Shown: in pieces, positions 28,697-39,568 of the stretch
Layout of the letters: the number at the start of each line of letters is the position of its first letter
Position numbering within the stretch: the first letter of the stretch is position 1
DNA from: Lachnospiraceae bacterium
GTDB lineage: Bacteria; Bacillota; Clostridia; Lachnospirales; Lachnospiraceae
Assembly (NCBI GenBank): GCA_030524705.1
Contig: JAUNGD010000010.1
Coordinates: forward strand, 9,345-73,344
DNA length: 64,000 nucleotides
Reading direction: 5' to 3'
Translations under genes and position numbers: made by a program
Notes under the pieces: model-generated
Databases searched by the model: none
What the model saw: only the letters and a program-made list of their open reading frames with translations
Told to the model about the DNA's origin: nothing

Positions 28697-30991
28697 ATGA
28701 AAAATGCAAAAAAATTGTTAGCGCTTTTGCTGGCGACAGGCATGACCTTCGGTCAGCTGATGAGCGTAGCGGCAGAAGAAGCTTCCACAGAAGCAGGTAC
28801 GGAAGCTGCCGTTGCCGCGGAGGAAGAAACGGCTGGGGCCGCGGCAGACGGTCAGACGCTGGTGGCGGCTTCCAATCATTTTGAGGCAAAGTTCTCACCG
28901 TTCTTTGCAGCAAGCGGCGAGGATCAGCACATTGTTGACCTGACGCAGGCTCTCCTGCTTTATACGGACCGTGTGGGAGCCATCGTGGAGAATGGGATCG
29001 AGGGTGAGACCCGCTCCTACAACGGCACCGATTATACATACAACGGTACCAGTGATCTTGTAATTACAGAAAATGAAGACGGCACGGTTTACTATGACTT
29101 TACCATGAGAGACGACCTTGTATTCTCAGACGGTACGCCCATGGATATTGATGATGTTATTTTCAACCTGTATGTATATGCAGACCCGACGTATGACGGT
29201 TCTTCTACCTTGTACAGCCAGCCGATCCTCGGCATGGAGGAGTACCGTTCCGGTATGACCACACTGTCCGTTCTGCTGGCAGCGGCAGGCGAGGACAACA
29301 CAGACTTCAGCCTCTGGACAGAAGAGCAGCAGACGGTATTCTGGGATGCAGTTAACGAAGGCGGAGCAGCCTTTGCTCAGGAGATCGTGGACTACTGTGT
29401 GGCGGCAGAATTGTGTGAGGAAGGCGATGTTGCCACTGCAGCGGCAAACTGGGCTTTCGATGGTCTGGAGGCAGATGCTACGGCTAAGGATTTCTTCATG
29501 CTGATCGGTGAGACCTACGGATGGAATTTCTCTGCAATGGAAGCAGAGTCAGCAGGCAGCGCTCTTGCGGACCTGATTCCGGAGGAGGTTTACAATTACT
29601 CTACGGTAGGTGTGGAGACCGGCGAATCCGTAGACCATATCGAGGGTATTCAGAAGACCGGCGATTACAGCATGCGTGTTGTTGCTACGGAGATTGCTGC
29701 CAACATGGTATACCAGCTTGCGATTCCGATCGCTCCGCTGCATTACTACGGCGACGAAGCCTTGTATGATTATGACAACAACAAGTTCGGCTTTGAGAAG
29801 GGTGATCTTTCCAAGGTACGTTCCGTGACGACTCAGCCTCTGGGCGGCGGCGCTTATACCTTCAAGGAGTACGCAAACGGTACTGTTTACCTGGAAGCAA
29901 ACCCGACCTACTTCAAGGGTGAGCCGAAGGTGAAATATCTGAACTTCCTGGAGACGCTGGAGGATGACAAGACAGTAGGTATCGAGGCAGGTACGATTGA
30001 TATTGGCGATCCGTCCTACTCAGGAGAGGTCCGCAAGCAGATCACAGAGTACAACGGCGGCGACGATTCCCTTGAGGGAGACGTTGTTACGATCAAACTG
30101 TATGATTTCCTTGGTTACGGTTATATTGCGCTGAGCGCAGACAATGTAAACGTGGCAGGCGATCCGGCCTCTGACGCATCCAAGAACCTGCGTAAGGCTA
30201 TCGCGACAGTTCTTGCTGCTTACCGCGACGAGTCCATCGACTCCTACTATGGCGACACGGCTTCTGTTGTGAACTATCCGATCTCCAGTACCTCCTGGGC
30301 AGCTCCGCAGGTAACGGATGACGGTTATGAGGTGGCGTACTCCGTTGACGTAGAGGGCAACCCGATTTATACGGAGGGTATGAGTGTAGAAGAAAAATAT
30401 GCGGCAGCGCTTCAGGCGGCCCTTGGTTATCTTGAGGCAGCAGGCTATACGGTAGAAGACGGCAAGGTGACGGCAGCACCGGAAGGCGCTAAGCTTGAGT
30501 ACCAGATCAACATCGGTGCGAATGGTTCCGGGGATCATCCGTCCTTCCTGCTTCTGAAGAATGCGGCAGACGCAATGGCAACCATCGGTATTACCCTGAA
30601 TGTAAATGATATTACGACTGCTTCTGAACTGTACCAGACCTATCAGTCCGGCGTGGCTGAGGGATGGTGCGCGGCATGGCAGGCAACTCCTGACCCGGAT
30701 ATGTATCAGCTGTACCACAGCCAGGGCGCTACGAACTACTACTGCATCAATGATTCGGAGCTGGATGAGCTGATTGTCGGCGCCCGTCAGTCAACGGATC
30801 AGGAATACCGCAAGACTCTGTACAAGGCAGCTATGGATATTATCATGGACTGGGGTGTTGAGATTCCGATCTACCAGAGAAGCGAATGCTATATCTTCTC
30901 TACTGAGCGTGTAAATATCAGTACGCTTACTCCAGATATGACTCCGTACTGGACATGGATGAACGAGGTTGAGACACTGGAAATGAATTAA
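28697..30991 (+). CDS. oligopeptide-type ABC transporter substrate-binding protein (OppA-like, large acidic form)
   Basis: [56 protein letters not shown]; 764 aa. Confidence 0.88.
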   Translation: MKNAKKLLALLLATGMTFGQLMSVAAEEASTEAGTEAAVAAEEETAGAAADGQTLVAASNHFEAKFSPFFAASGEDQHIVDLTQALLLYTDRVGAIVENGIEGETRSYNGTDYTYNGTSDLVITENEDGTVYYDFTMRDDLVFSDGTPMDIDDVIFNLYVYADPTYDGSSTLYSQPILGMEEYRSGMTTLSVLLAAAGEDNTDFSLWTEEQQTVFWDAVNEGGAAFAQEIVDYCVAAELCEEGDVATAAANWAFDGLEADATAKDFFMLIGETYGWNFSAMEAESAGSALADLIPEEVYNYSTVGVETGESVDHIEGIQKTGDYSMRVVATEIAANMVYQLAIPIAPLHYYGDEALYDYDNNKFGFEKGDLSKVRSVTTQPLGGGAYTFKEYANGTVYLEANPTYFKGEPKVKYLNFLETLEDDKTVGIEAGTIDIGDPSYSGEVRKQITEYNGGDDSLEGDVVTIKLYDFLGYGYIALSADNVNVAGDPASDASKNLRKAIATVLAAYRDESIDSYYGDTASVVNYPISSTSWAAPQVTDDGYEVAYSVDVEGNPIYTEGMSVEEKYAAALQAALGYLEAAGYTVEDGKVTAAPEGAKLEYQINIGANGSGDHPSFLLLKNAADAMATIGITLNVNDITTASELYQTYQSGVAEGWCAAWQATPDPDMYQLYHSQGATNYYCINDSELDELIVGARQSTDQEYRKTLYKAAMDIIMDWGVEIPIYQRSECYIFSTERVNISTLTPDMTPYWTWMNEVETLEMN

Positions 30992-31007
30992 CAAATCCTT
31001 GTGTGCT

Positions 31008-31034
31008 GAGGGGCTGCCAGTCAGCCCCTCTTTC
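31008..31034 (+). terminator. hairpin after the SBP gene (partial terminator or stabiliser)
   Basis: GAGGGGCTG-CCAGT-CAGCCCCTC-TTTC. Confidence 0.6.
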
Positions 31035-31072
31035 ATTACAGGAAGCTTATTTTACAGGACAGGAGGATTTGT

Positions 31073-32059
31073 ATGAAGAAATTCATTGCAAAAAGAATCG
31101 CATTTTCTGTAATGATTCTTTTTTGTGTTTCTTTTATTATTTATGCGCTGATGCGTTGTCTGCCGGGCTCCTTTGTGGAAAATATGGCGATGACGCTCTC
31201 CCAGGCTCCCGGCGCTAAGCCCTTTGAGGAATGGCTGGCGCAGCTGAATGCAAACTACGGTATGGATAAGGGGATCATCCCGGGATATTTTGTCTGGCTT
31301 TCTGATGCGATCCGGGGAGATTTTGGCGAGAGCTGGAAATTTATTGTTCCGGTGACCCAGAAGTTCCAGGAGGTCATCTGGCTTTCCTTTGCCATGGGCG
31401 GCATTGCATTTTTGCTGGAGCTGATCATTGCGATCCCGCTGGGAGTGGTTGCTTCGACGAAGCAGTATTCCAAGCTGGATTACGGTATTACCGCCGGCGC
31501 GCTGGTGGGTATTTCCCTGCCGACCTTTTTCTTTGCTACGATTTTGAAGCTGGTCTTTTCCGTAAAGCTGGGCTGGTTTGACCTGTACGGCATTGTGGGA
31601 CGAAATTATGCACAGCTTGATTCTATGGGCAAGCTGCTGGATAAGGCAAATCATCTGGTTCTGCCGATTGCGACGCTGGTCATTGTGTCGGTGGGTTCTC
31701 TGATGCGTTATACGAGAACGAATATGCTGGAGGTGCTCAATTCCGACTATATTCGTACAGCCAGGGCAAAGGGACTGAGTGAAAATAAGGTAATTTACCA
31801 TCACGCATTCCGCAACACATTGATTCCGCTGGTGACCATCGTCGGAGGCTCTCTGCCGAACCTGTTTGCCGGTGCGCTGATCACCGAGACGCTGTTTTCG
31901 ATTCCGGGTATCGGCTGGACCTCGTATCAGGCAATGATAGCCGGGGATATTCCGTTTTCGATGTTTTATCTGACCTTTATGGCGGTTCTGACGCTGGCGG
32001 GCAATCTGATTTCCGATATTCTGTACGCGGTGGTAGACCCGCGCGTGCGTATCGCGTAG
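31073..32059 (+). CDS. oligopeptide ABC transporter permease (OppB-like)
   Basis: GDFGES, DYIRTARAKG, HAFRN, ETLFSIPGIG, DPRVR. Confidence 0.93.
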   Translation: MKKFIAKRIAFSVMILFCVSFIIYALMRCLPGSFVENMAMTLSQAPGAKPFEEWLAQLNANYGMDKGIIPGYFVWLSDAIRGDFGESWKFIVPVTQKFQEVIWLSFAMGGIAFLLELIIAIPLGVVASTKQYSKLDYGITAGALVGISLPTFFFATILKLVFSVKLGWFDLYGIVGRNYAQLDSMGKLLDKANHLVLPIATLVIVSVGSLMRYTRTNMLEVLNSDYIRTARAKGLSENKVIYHHAFRNTLIPLVTIVGGSLPNLFAGALITETLFSIPGIGWTSYQAMIAGDIPFSMFYLTFMAVLTLAGNLISDILYAVVDPRVRIA

Positions 32060-32075
32060 GAAGGAGGAGCATAGC

Positions 32076-33620
32076 ATGAGTGATAATATGAACTTATCCG
32101 GGCGGAAGCCGGAGGGTGAGGAAGGCTTTTCTTTGAATGACGACCGCCGTGTCCGGGTGCTTTCTCCCGGTGCGCTGGTGGCGAAGCGCTTTTTCCGCAA
32201 CCGTCTGGCCGTGCTGGGTATGATTATGCTGATTGTGATGTTCGTTTTTTCCTTTATCGGAGGCCTGGTGAGCCCCTACGGGCAGGATGAACAGTTCTAT
32301 ACATATGAATATATGGATAAGGATTATGCAGGCGTTGTCCAGAACGATGAGCTGCGTTACACCACGGCAGAGGGAAAGGAGTTCGGCAGCCTTCTGCAGG
32401 CCAAGCTGATGCTGGCGCGCAACAAAGGGGAGACCAGCTTTGTGGAAAAGGACGTGACCTACGAATTTGTGGCGGAGGGTGAGGAATTTCTTTCCATCAC
32501 CGCAGACGGCGAGCCCTTTGCCGTGGCCAGCAAGGATATTGTGACCTCCGTGGGAGATGAGCTTTCCTTTGACGTAAAGTTTGGGGCTCTGAAGGCCTGT
32601 GAGCTTGGGGAGACCTCCTTTGAGGCGGAGGACGCGGAGTATACGATGGATGAGGAAGGCAACATTCTGAAGGACTCTGAGATCGTGGGCTTTGTCAGTC
32701 GTTTTGTGGTGCAGCCCGCGAAGAACGGCACTGTGTTCCCGGAGGATTTCAAGGAGGCCGTTGCTCTTGCCATTGAAGAGGACGCCAGCGAGTTTACCTG
32801 TGCAGCGGAGGACGGCACGGAGAATACATACAAAATTTCCTACAAGCCGGATACCAACAGCTGGCTTGTGAAGCAGCACGAAGAGACCTACGTCTATGAC
32901 CGCTATTCCAAACCGTCGAAAACACATTGGCTGGGTACGGATACGAACGGTATGGACATGCTGACCCGTCTGATGTACGGCGGCCGGGTTTCTCTGATCA
33001 TCGGCTTTATCGTTGTGATTATAGAGACTCTGATCGGCGTTATTCTGGGCGGTATTTCCGGTTATTTCGGCGGCTGGATTGACAATCTGATCATGCGTAT
33101 CGTCGACGTGTTTTACTGTATTCCGTCAACGCCGCTGATTATTATTCTCGGCGCTGCCATGGATGCCATGCAGATAGATCCGCAGATCCGTATGCTGTAT
33201 CTGATGCTGATTCTCGGCTTTCTAGGCTGGCCCTCCATCGCCCGTCTCGTGCGTGGACAGATCCTGTCCCTGCGGGAGCAGGAATTTATGACGGCGACAG
33301 AGGCCTGCGGCATCAGTGTTCCGAGACGGATTTTCAAGCATTTGATCCCGAATGTCATTCCGCAGCTGATCGTTACGTGTACGATGAGCCTCGGCTCCAC
33401 AATCATCATGGAGGCGACGCTGTCCTTCCTGGGACTGGGCGTGAAATTCCCCTTTGCTTCCTGGGGCAACATTATTAATGACGTAAACAATGCGTACGTA
33501 ATGACGCATTACTGGTTTATTTGGATTCCGGCTGGCGTCTGTCTGCTGATTACCGTACTGGGCTTCAATTTCGTCGGCGACGGACTTCGGGATGCATTTG
33601 ATCCGAGAATGAAACGGTAA
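32076..33620 (+). CDS. oligopeptide ABC transporter permease (OppC-like, with a ~200-aa extracytoplasmic insertion)
   Basis: RFFRNRLA, HWLGTDTNGMD, LREQEF, GDGLRDAFDPR. Confidence 0.92.
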   Translation: MSDNMNLSGRKPEGEEGFSLNDDRRVRVLSPGALVAKRFFRNRLAVLGMIMLIVMFVFSFIGGLVSPYGQDEQFYTYEYMDKDYAGVVQNDELRYTTAEGKEFGSLLQAKLMLARNKGETSFVEKDVTYEFVAEGEEFLSITADGEPFAVASKDIVTSVGDELSFDVKFGALKACELGETSFEAEDAEYTMDEEGNILKDSEIVGFVSRFVVQPAKNGTVFPEDFKEAVALAIEEDASEFTCAAEDGTENTYKISYKPDTNSWLVKQHEETYVYDRYSKPSKTHWLGTDTNGMDMLTRLMYGGRVSLIIGFIVVIIETLIGVILGGISGYFGGWIDNLIMRIVDVFYCIPSTPLIIILGAAMDAMQIDPQIRMLYLMLILGFLGWPSIARLVRGQILSLREQEFMTATEACGISVPRRIFKHLIPNVIPQLIVTCTMSLGSTIIMEATLSFLGLGVKFPFASWGNIINDVNNAYVMTHYWFIWIPAGVCLLITVLGFNFVGDGLRDAFDPRMKR

Positions 33621-33629
33621 GGGAGGAGA

Positions 33630-34823
33630 ATGATCATGGCAAAAAAACAGGCAGAAGGTTATTTGTCAGCCAAAGAATCCCGCCGGATTTCAAAGGAGAA
33701 CCGCCGGATTACGAGTGAGCTGGAAAAAAAGAGAAAACGGAAAAACGTGCCGGAGTCGGAATATCTGACGACGATGCACAATTCAGAAAATGCAGTGGAA
33801 TTTGACAATCTGCATACGTACTTTTTCACGGATGCAGGTACGGTGAAGAGTGTGGACGGCGTGAGCTTTGACGTGCCCATCGGAAAGACGGTGGGCGTGG
33901 TAGGGGAGTCGGGCTGCGGAAAATCGGTCACCAGCCTGTCCTTGATGCAGCTGATCCAGCGCCCCCAGGGGCAGATCGTAGAGGGAGAGATCCGGCTGAA
34001 TCTGGGAAGCAAGGCGTATGATATTGCAAAGACGCCCCAGGATAAAATGCAGGCGCTCAGGGGCAATTATGTGTCGATGATCTTTCAGGAGCCGATGACA
34101 TCCCTGAATCCCGTCTTTCGGATCGGGGCGCAGGTGGATGAGGTCATTGCCCTTCACAGCGGCCAGGGAATGGGCAAGGAGGCGGTGAAGGCCAGAACGA
34201 TTGAGATGCTGGAAATGGTAGGCATCGCCAACAGCGAGGGTGTTTACCGGATGTTTCCCCACGAGCTGTCCGGCGGCATGCGCCAGCGTGTCATGATTGC
34301 CATGGCGCTGGCCTGCAATCCGAAGATCATCATTGCAGACGAGCCGACTACGGCGCTGGACGTGACGATCCAGGCGCAGATTCTTGATCTGCTGCGCCAG
34401 CTGAAGGATAAAATCAATTCGTCTATTATGCTGATTACCCATGATTTGGGGGTGATCGCGGAGATGGCGGATTATGTGGTGGTTATGTATGCCGGAAGAG
34501 TGGTGGAGAAGGGAACGGCCGAGGAGATTTTTGAGCATCCCTCCCATCCGTATACGATCGGCCTGATGGCGTCAAAGCCTGTGGTGGGTAAGCAGGTGGA
34601 TAAGCTGTATTCGATCCCGGGCAAGGTGCCGAACCCCATCAATATGCCGGATTACTGCTATTTTAAGGACCGCTGTGAGAGGTGCGTGGAGAAATGCAGC
34701 GGTGCGTATCCGGCTGAAATCTCTTTGAGTCCGACGCATAAGGTGAGCTGCTACCGGTATGCTGAAGGAATGGCTGCCGCAGATCCGGCGGCCCGGACAG
34801 CTTTTGAGAAGGAGGGAAAATAA
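33630..34823 (+). CDS. oligopeptide ABC transporter ATP-binding protein (OppD-like)
   Basis: [26 protein letters not shown]; basic N-terminal extension. Confidence 0.95.
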   Translation: MIMAKKQAEGYLSAKESRRISKENRRITSELEKKRKRKNVPESEYLTTMHNSENAVEFDNLHTYFFTDAGTVKSVDGVSFDVPIGKTVGVVGESGCGKSVTSLSLMQLIQRPQGQIVEGEIRLNLGSKAYDIAKTPQDKMQALRGNYVSMIFQEPMTSLNPVFRIGAQVDEVIALHSGQGMGKEAVKARTIEMLEMVGIANSEGVYRMFPHELSGGMRQRVMIAMALACNPKIIIADEPTTALDVTIQAQILDLLRQLKDKINSSIMLITHDLGVIAEMADYVVVMYAGRVVEKGTAEEIFEHPSHPYTIGLMASKPVVGKQVDKLYSIPGKVPNPINMPDYCYFKDRCERCVEKCSGAYPAEISLSPTHKVSCYRYAEGMAAADPAARTAFEKEGK

Positions 34824-35849
34824 ATGGCTGTGCAGAAAAATGGAGCGGATACCGCAGCTGGCGGTATCCAGTATGACCCGCAGTATATTCTGATGGTCAA
34901 TGATCTGAAAAAATATTTTCCCATCAAGGGCGGCATGATTTCCCGGGCGGTGGGCCAGGTCAAGGCTGTGGACGGCGTCACCTTCAATCTGAAGCGCGGT
35001 ACGACTATGGGACTGGTGGGAGAATCCGGCTGCGGAAAGACTACCACGGGACGGACGATTCTGAGGCTATCCGGTGAGAAGACAGGCGGCGACGTGCTGT
35101 TTAACGGCCAGGAGGTTTATGACCTGTCCAAGCAGGAGCTGCGCGCGCTCCGCACAAAAATGCAGATTATTTTCCAGGATCCGTTTTCCAGCCTGTCCCC
35201 GAGACTTCCGGTGGGAGAGATTATTGGTGAGGCGGTACGGGAGCACAAGCTGGTGCCGAAGGAAGAGTTTAATGATTATATTGACCAGGTCATGGATAAC
35301 TGCGGACTGCAGCCCTTCCACAAGGACCGGTATCCCCATGAGTTTTCCGGCGGCCAGCGGCAGCGTATCTGTATTGCCAGAGCGTTGGCGCTGAATCCGG
35401 AGTTTGTAGTCTGTGATGAACCGGTATCGGCTCTGGATGTGTCGATCCAGGCGCAGATCATCAATCTTCTGAAGGATCTGCAGGAGAAGTATTCCCTGAC
35501 CTATCTGTTCATCTCCCATGACCTGTCGGTGGTGGAGCATATTTCGGATACGGTAGGCGTTATGTATCTCGGAAATCTGGTGGAGTACGGAGCGACGGAG
35601 GACATTTTCAGAAATCCGCTGCATCCCTATACGAAGGCGCTGTTTTCTGCGATACCGATACCGGACCCGAAGGCGAAGATGAACCGTATCGTACTGGAGG
35701 GCTCTATTCCGTCTCCGGCGAATCCGCCCAAGGGCTGCAAATTCCATACCCGTTGTGCACATTGTATGGCAAAGTGTAAGGAAGTGGCGCCGGTGCAGAA
35801 AGAGATCGAGCCGGGACATTATGTGGTATGCCATCTTTACGGTGAGTAG
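34824..35849 (+). CDS. oligopeptide ABC transporter ATP-binding protein (OppF-like)
   Basis: GESGCGKTT, FSGGQRQR, DEPVSALD, GCKFHTRC. Confidence 0.95.
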   Translation: MAVQKNGADTAAGGIQYDPQYILMVNDLKKYFPIKGGMISRAVGQVKAVDGVTFNLKRGTTMGLVGESGCGKTTTGRTILRLSGEKTGGDVLFNGQEVYDLSKQELRALRTKMQIIFQDPFSSLSPRLPVGEIIGEAVREHKLVPKEEFNDYIDQVMDNCGLQPFHKDRYPHEFSGGQRQRICIARALALNPEFVVCDEPVSALDVSIQAQIINLLKDLQEKYSLTYLFISHDLSVVEHISDTVGVMYLGNLVEYGATEDIFRNPLHPYTKALFSAIPIPDPKAKMNRIVLEGSIPSPANPPKGCKFHTRCAHCMAKCKEVAPVQKEIEPGHYVVCHLYGE

Positions 35850-35933
35850 GAAGCATGGCGATACGCGGCTGTGAAGCAAAGAAGCCGGCATCGTGTTTGG
35901 AAGAGTGCAGAAGCTTTGGCAGCGGGAGGAAAA

Positions 35934-36269
35934 ATGGCTGAGAAAAAATTTCAGGATATAAGCGAGGATGACGGCCGGACGATTGCCGATATGAGTCAGG
36001 TATCCAGAGGGCATTTGTTTGGAGGAATGCACCGTGCAGGCGGCGGGGAAATTCAGTCAAGGCCGGGCGGAGTATCCGGCGCGCAGCAGTCCCGGCGGGA
36101 TATGCAGGGAATGCAGGCCGGCGAACGTCCCTGGGAGGATGCCCCCTTTACCAGAAAAGAGCGGTGGATGTATACGCTGGGAGCGCTTAAAGCCTCTTTG
36201 CTGATCGGTCTCGTGTATCTGGCGGGGCTGGGGCTGCTGGTAGGGCTGATGGTATTCTTCTGGCGCTAA
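35934..36269 (+). CDS. hypothetical protein with a C-terminal TM helix
   Basis: ATG behind GGGAGG; EDDGRTIADM motif and hydrophobic C-terminus. Confidence 0.7.
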   Translation: MAEKKFQDISEDDGRTIADMSQVSRGHLFGGMHRAGGGEIQSRPGGVSGAQQSRRDMQGMQAGERPWEDAPFTRKERWMYTLGALKASLLIGLVYLAGLGLLVGLMVFFWR

Positions 36270-36304
36270 AAAAACAGAAACAGAAAATTATCACTCAAAA
36301 GAAA

Positions 36305-36362
36305 ATACTCCCTTCCAGGCAGCAAGTTTTATTGTTTTACTTGTCTGTCCGGAAGGGAGTAT
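36305..36362. repeat. 58-bp inverted repeat / long hairpin (possible terminator)
   Basis: ATACTCCCTTCC...GGAAGGGAGTAT, with inner GGCAG.CAAGT / ACTTG.CTGTC pairing. Confidence 0.7.
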
Positions 36363-36459
36363 ATCATTTGCGGCGGCATCTTCCGCCTGGTCGATTGTCT
36401 TATAAGCAAACAGGCGATCGCTATGAACGCACTCCGGGGATATTCCAGAACAGTCTGAG

Positions 36460-36477
36460 CTTAACTTAATGACATTG
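36460..36477. mobile_element. probable solitary IS4-family-like terminal inverted repeat remnant
   Basis: CTTAACTTAATGACATTG (reverse complement CAATGTCATTAAGTTAAG) resembles, from memory, the ends of clostridial IS4-family elements. No transposase or second copy in the window. Confidence 0.35.
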
Positions 36478-36619
36478 CTGGATGAACTGCAACATGCGTT
36501 TTTGCTTTTATAATGACATATTCTGGCTAATATTGTATAATATCTTTGTATTATTTTAATTATTTAATGCAATATTGATATTTCCTGAGGGTTGAGTACA
36601 TTGGAAAAGGAGGAAGATT

Positions 36620-37933
36620 ATGAAAACTGCAAATAGAAAAAGATTAAAGGTCATGCTGCTGTTTGCTATGGTTATTTCAGGTATATTTTATCTGAGTGTT
36701 CTGGGAGCGGAAGAAGAAACAGAAGAAAACTGGATATGTGCATACTGCAGTACCCTGAATGCAGCAGAATATAATTTTTGCAGCAATTGCGGAGTTGCTA
36801 AGCCAGTGGAAAACCAGACGTGGATATGCCCTGATTGCGGAAATGAAAATGAAAGTGATTTTAATTTCTGTGTAAAGTGCGGAAGGGAAAAGCCATCGGA
36901 GGAGGAAGCCGGATCAGAAACAGCATCAGGTGCTGCTGTACAGGCGTATGCATATGGACAGCATATGCTGTATTGGGATGGGTATACCTATGTAACAGGC
37001 GATGATGGCGTCTATCGCATAGACAGCAGCAATCAGTTTGACCGGATTTTGGGGAATAATTCTATAGCGAACGGGCTTTTTGCTGCCGGAGATAAAGTGT
37101 ATTTTATAAAATACGATCTCGAGGGCGGAAGTGATTTCCTGTATGTATATGATATAAGCCAGGATGACTGCAATGTTCTTTGTACGGCCAATAATGGAAG
37201 TCTGCTGGTGGGTGCAGATGATGAGGCGGCTTATTTTCTTGAGCCTTCAAAAACATCAGAATATAATGACGGAAAAGATCTGATCCGTTATCACCTCGAT
37301 ACGGATAAAAAAGAGACGGTTGCATCAGGGATCGGAACCGCACAATTCTGGAATGGAGGAATTGTGATCAGCGGAGCTGCTTCAGACATAAGTCCGGTGC
37401 AGCTTGCTGTATTGGGGGCGGATGGAAATTCAGGACTTGTAGCTGAGAATTGCAGCCAGAACTTTTATATTGACGGAAACAGTCTCTATTACGTCAAATA
37501 CAATATGACCTCAGATATAGATTGGGACAAAGCCTATATCTGTTGTCTTGATCAGACCGGAAATAATGAGATCCTTTGTATTGAGGGAAATTATGTTACT
37601 CCATCTATCGCAGGTATGGTTTCTGAAAATGTAGTAGTTTCTGTATATCTGGACGGTAAGCAGCAGTATATTCAGGTCAATCCTGCAGATGGAAACTGGG
37701 GGGAAATGGAATTGCCGGACGGTGCTTCTTCCGTAAGCATTTTTTATGATGAATATGGCAACCGCTACTATTACGCAAATAATTCCGTTTATGTATGGAA
37801 GGGCAGCGAGTATGTAGAGGTTACAGGCGTAGCTTCGGATGGAATAATACTGGGAGTTGCCGATAATTATGTTTTTTGCTGGCGTTATCAGGCCGGAAAT
37901 CATCCCAGCCTGTTCCAATTCCCGATTTCCTGA
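36620..37933 (+). CDS. exported protein with two RanBP2-type zinc fingers and a DUF5050-like beta-propeller
   Basis: Signal/TM segment, WICAYCSTLN-X6-CSNCG..KP and WICPDCGNEN-X6-CVKCG..KP, then Y/F-rich beta repeats; more AT-rich than its neighbours. Confidence 0.7.
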   Translation: MKTANRKRLKVMLLFAMVISGIFYLSVLGAEEETEENWICAYCSTLNAAEYNFCSNCGVAKPVENQTWICPDCGNENESDFNFCVKCGREKPSEEEAGSETASGAAVQAYAYGQHMLYWDGYTYVTGDDGVYRIDSSNQFDRILGNNSIANGLFAAGDKVYFIKYDLEGGSDFLYVYDISQDDCNVLCTANNGSLLVGADDEAAYFLEPSKTSEYNDGKDLIRYHLDTDKKETVASGIGTAQFWNGGIVISGAASDISPVQLAVLGADGNSGLVAENCSQNFYIDGNSLYYVKYNMTSDIDWDKAYICCLDQTGNNEILCIEGNYVTPSIAGMVSENVVVSVYLDGKQQYIQVNPADGNWGEMELPDGASSVSIFYDEYGNRYYYANNSVYVWKGSEYVEVTGVASDGIILGVADNYVFCWRYQAGNHPSLFQFPIS

Positions 37934-37955
37934 GCATAGAGTATTTGCGGCAGCT

Positions 37956-37984
37956 TCATATTTTTAGGTTTTCCTTCATATATA
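37956..37984 (+). promoter_or_regulatory. sigma-E-like sporulation promoter upstream of spoIIP
   Basis: TCATATT-N14-CATATATA resembles the B. subtilis sigma-E consensus. Confidence 0.6.
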
Positions 37985-38093
37985 TATGGTAGCGCCTGCG
38001 GCGGCAGGACCTTACGAAAGGATAAGACACATACAAAAAGATTGTATGCGGACTGTTCAGGAAAAAGGCCCGAACCGGCCTGGGAGGCATACT

Positions 38094-39434
38094 ATGAGGG
38101 GAGCAGACAGGCTGCAGAAAATCCTTTATTTGATCATGATACTGCTTGGATTATATATTTTATACAAGGGCGGCGGCATTCTTTTGCGTACCCCGGCTGC
38201 GCAGGATATGCTGGATTCCGGGGAGCTGCAGCGGGGATTGGAGGACAATGCGGTACGTACCTGGGCGCCGGGCTATACGGCGGCGATGGAGAACCATCAA
38301 AGCAGTAACTGGTCTGCAGGCTGGATGCAGCAGGTAGCGCCGGTGTACAGCTATCTGGCGAAGGGAGAGGCAGAAACGGCAGAGGAAGAAACGGTGGGAA
38401 GCGAGACGGCAGAGGGAAATGAAATAGCAGCAGGAGAAATGACCGGAACTGACGCTGCGGGAAACGAAACAGCGGAGAAGGAAACGGCAGGACAAATGGA
38501 GACGCAGGACGGATTGGCAAGTAAAGCTTTGGGGAAGGATGCGGCGGAGCGTGAGACTGTGCAGCAGGAAGACTGGCAGGGGATCGGGACGGACAAGCCG
38601 GTTTCGGCAGAGGATGACCTCCCGGCGTCTTCTATGGCACTGGCGTCCTCCATGGCGGTTTCACCGATTCTACTGGAACAGCTGCGTGATTTTGATTATC
38701 TGATTTCGAATTATTATACGGTGGATGGCGGTACAGTGGCAGACGAGGCGCTGCTGGATGTGGATGAGATGCTGAATGAGGACTTGACCCTTGAGAAGAA
38801 TCCTGACGTGCCTCAGATGTTGATTTACCATACGCATTCCCAGGAGGCCTTTGCGGATTCTCAGGAGGGAAAAAAGGAGGACACGATTGTGGGAATGGGG
38901 GAGGTGCTGGCGGAGCTTCTGCGGGAGGAATACGGCTACAATGTGATTCATGACACCGGGGTTTATGATCTGGTAGACGGTGTGCTGGATCGCAGTACAG
39001 CGTATGATTATGCCAGAGCGTCCATTGAGACGATCCTGCAGGAAAATCCATCCATAGAGGTGGTGATAGACCTTCACCGGGATGGGGTGGAGGGGCAGAA
39101 ATTTGCGACGGAGATCGACGGAAGGCCCACTTCGATGATTATGTTTTTTAATGGAATTTCCCGGGACAGCCAGGATCAGCCGATTTCCTATCTGCAAAAC
39201 CCCTACACAAAGCAGAATCTGGCGTTTTCGCTGCAAATGCAGCTGGCAGCCCGGGAGCAGTATCCTGGATTTACGAGAAATATCTATTTGAAGGCGGAGC
39301 GTTTCAATCTGCATTTGCGGCCGCGGTCGCTGCTGATCGAGGCCGGAACGCAGCTTAACACCGTGGAGGAGGAACGAAATGCCATGATACCGCTGGCGGA
39401 TCTGCTGGATCAGGTACTGAGCGGGAAAAAGTAA
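38094..39434 (+). CDS. spoIIP: stage II sporulation protein P (engulfment amidase/endopeptidase)
   Basis: [25 protein letters not shown]...SLLIEAG; N-terminal TM; precedes lepA; start moved to ATG behind GGGAGG. Confidence 0.93.
   Translation: MRGADRLQKILYLIMILLGLYILYKGGGILLRTPAAQDMLDSGELQRGLEDNAVRTWAPGYTAAMENHQSSNWSAGWMQQVAPVYSYLAKGEAETAEEETVGSETAEGNEIAAGEMTGTDAAGNETAEKETAGQMETQDGLASKALGKDAAERETVQQEDWQGIGTDKPVSAEDDLPASSMALASSMAVSPILLEQLRDFDYLISNYYTVDGGTVADEALLDVDEMLNEDLTLEKNPDVPQMLIYHTHSQEAFADSQEGKKEDTIVGMGEVLAELLREEYGYNVIHDTGVYDLVDGVLDRSTAYDYARASIETILQENPSIEVVIDLHRDGVEGQKFATEIDGRPTSMIMFFNGISRDSQDQPISYLQNPYTKQNLAFSLQMQLAAREQYPGFTRNIYLKAERFNLHLRPRSLLIEAGTQLNTVEEERNAMIPLADLLDQVLSGKK
38370..38505 (+). 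repeat. in-frame ~15-bp (5-aa) degenerate repeats in the SpoIIP linker
   Basis: [21 protein letters not shown]-...[10 protein letters not shown]. Confidence 0.6.
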
Positions 39435-39568
39435 AAGGTACATTCCGGGGTATAGACAAGCCGCAAAAAAGTGTGTTAAACTGTATCGAATACAGAAAGC
39501 GCCGGTGTGGGAGAAAAGAGGATTTCCGGGATGCTTGTATCCGGCCGGGCCGACGAGGAGGAACACAA

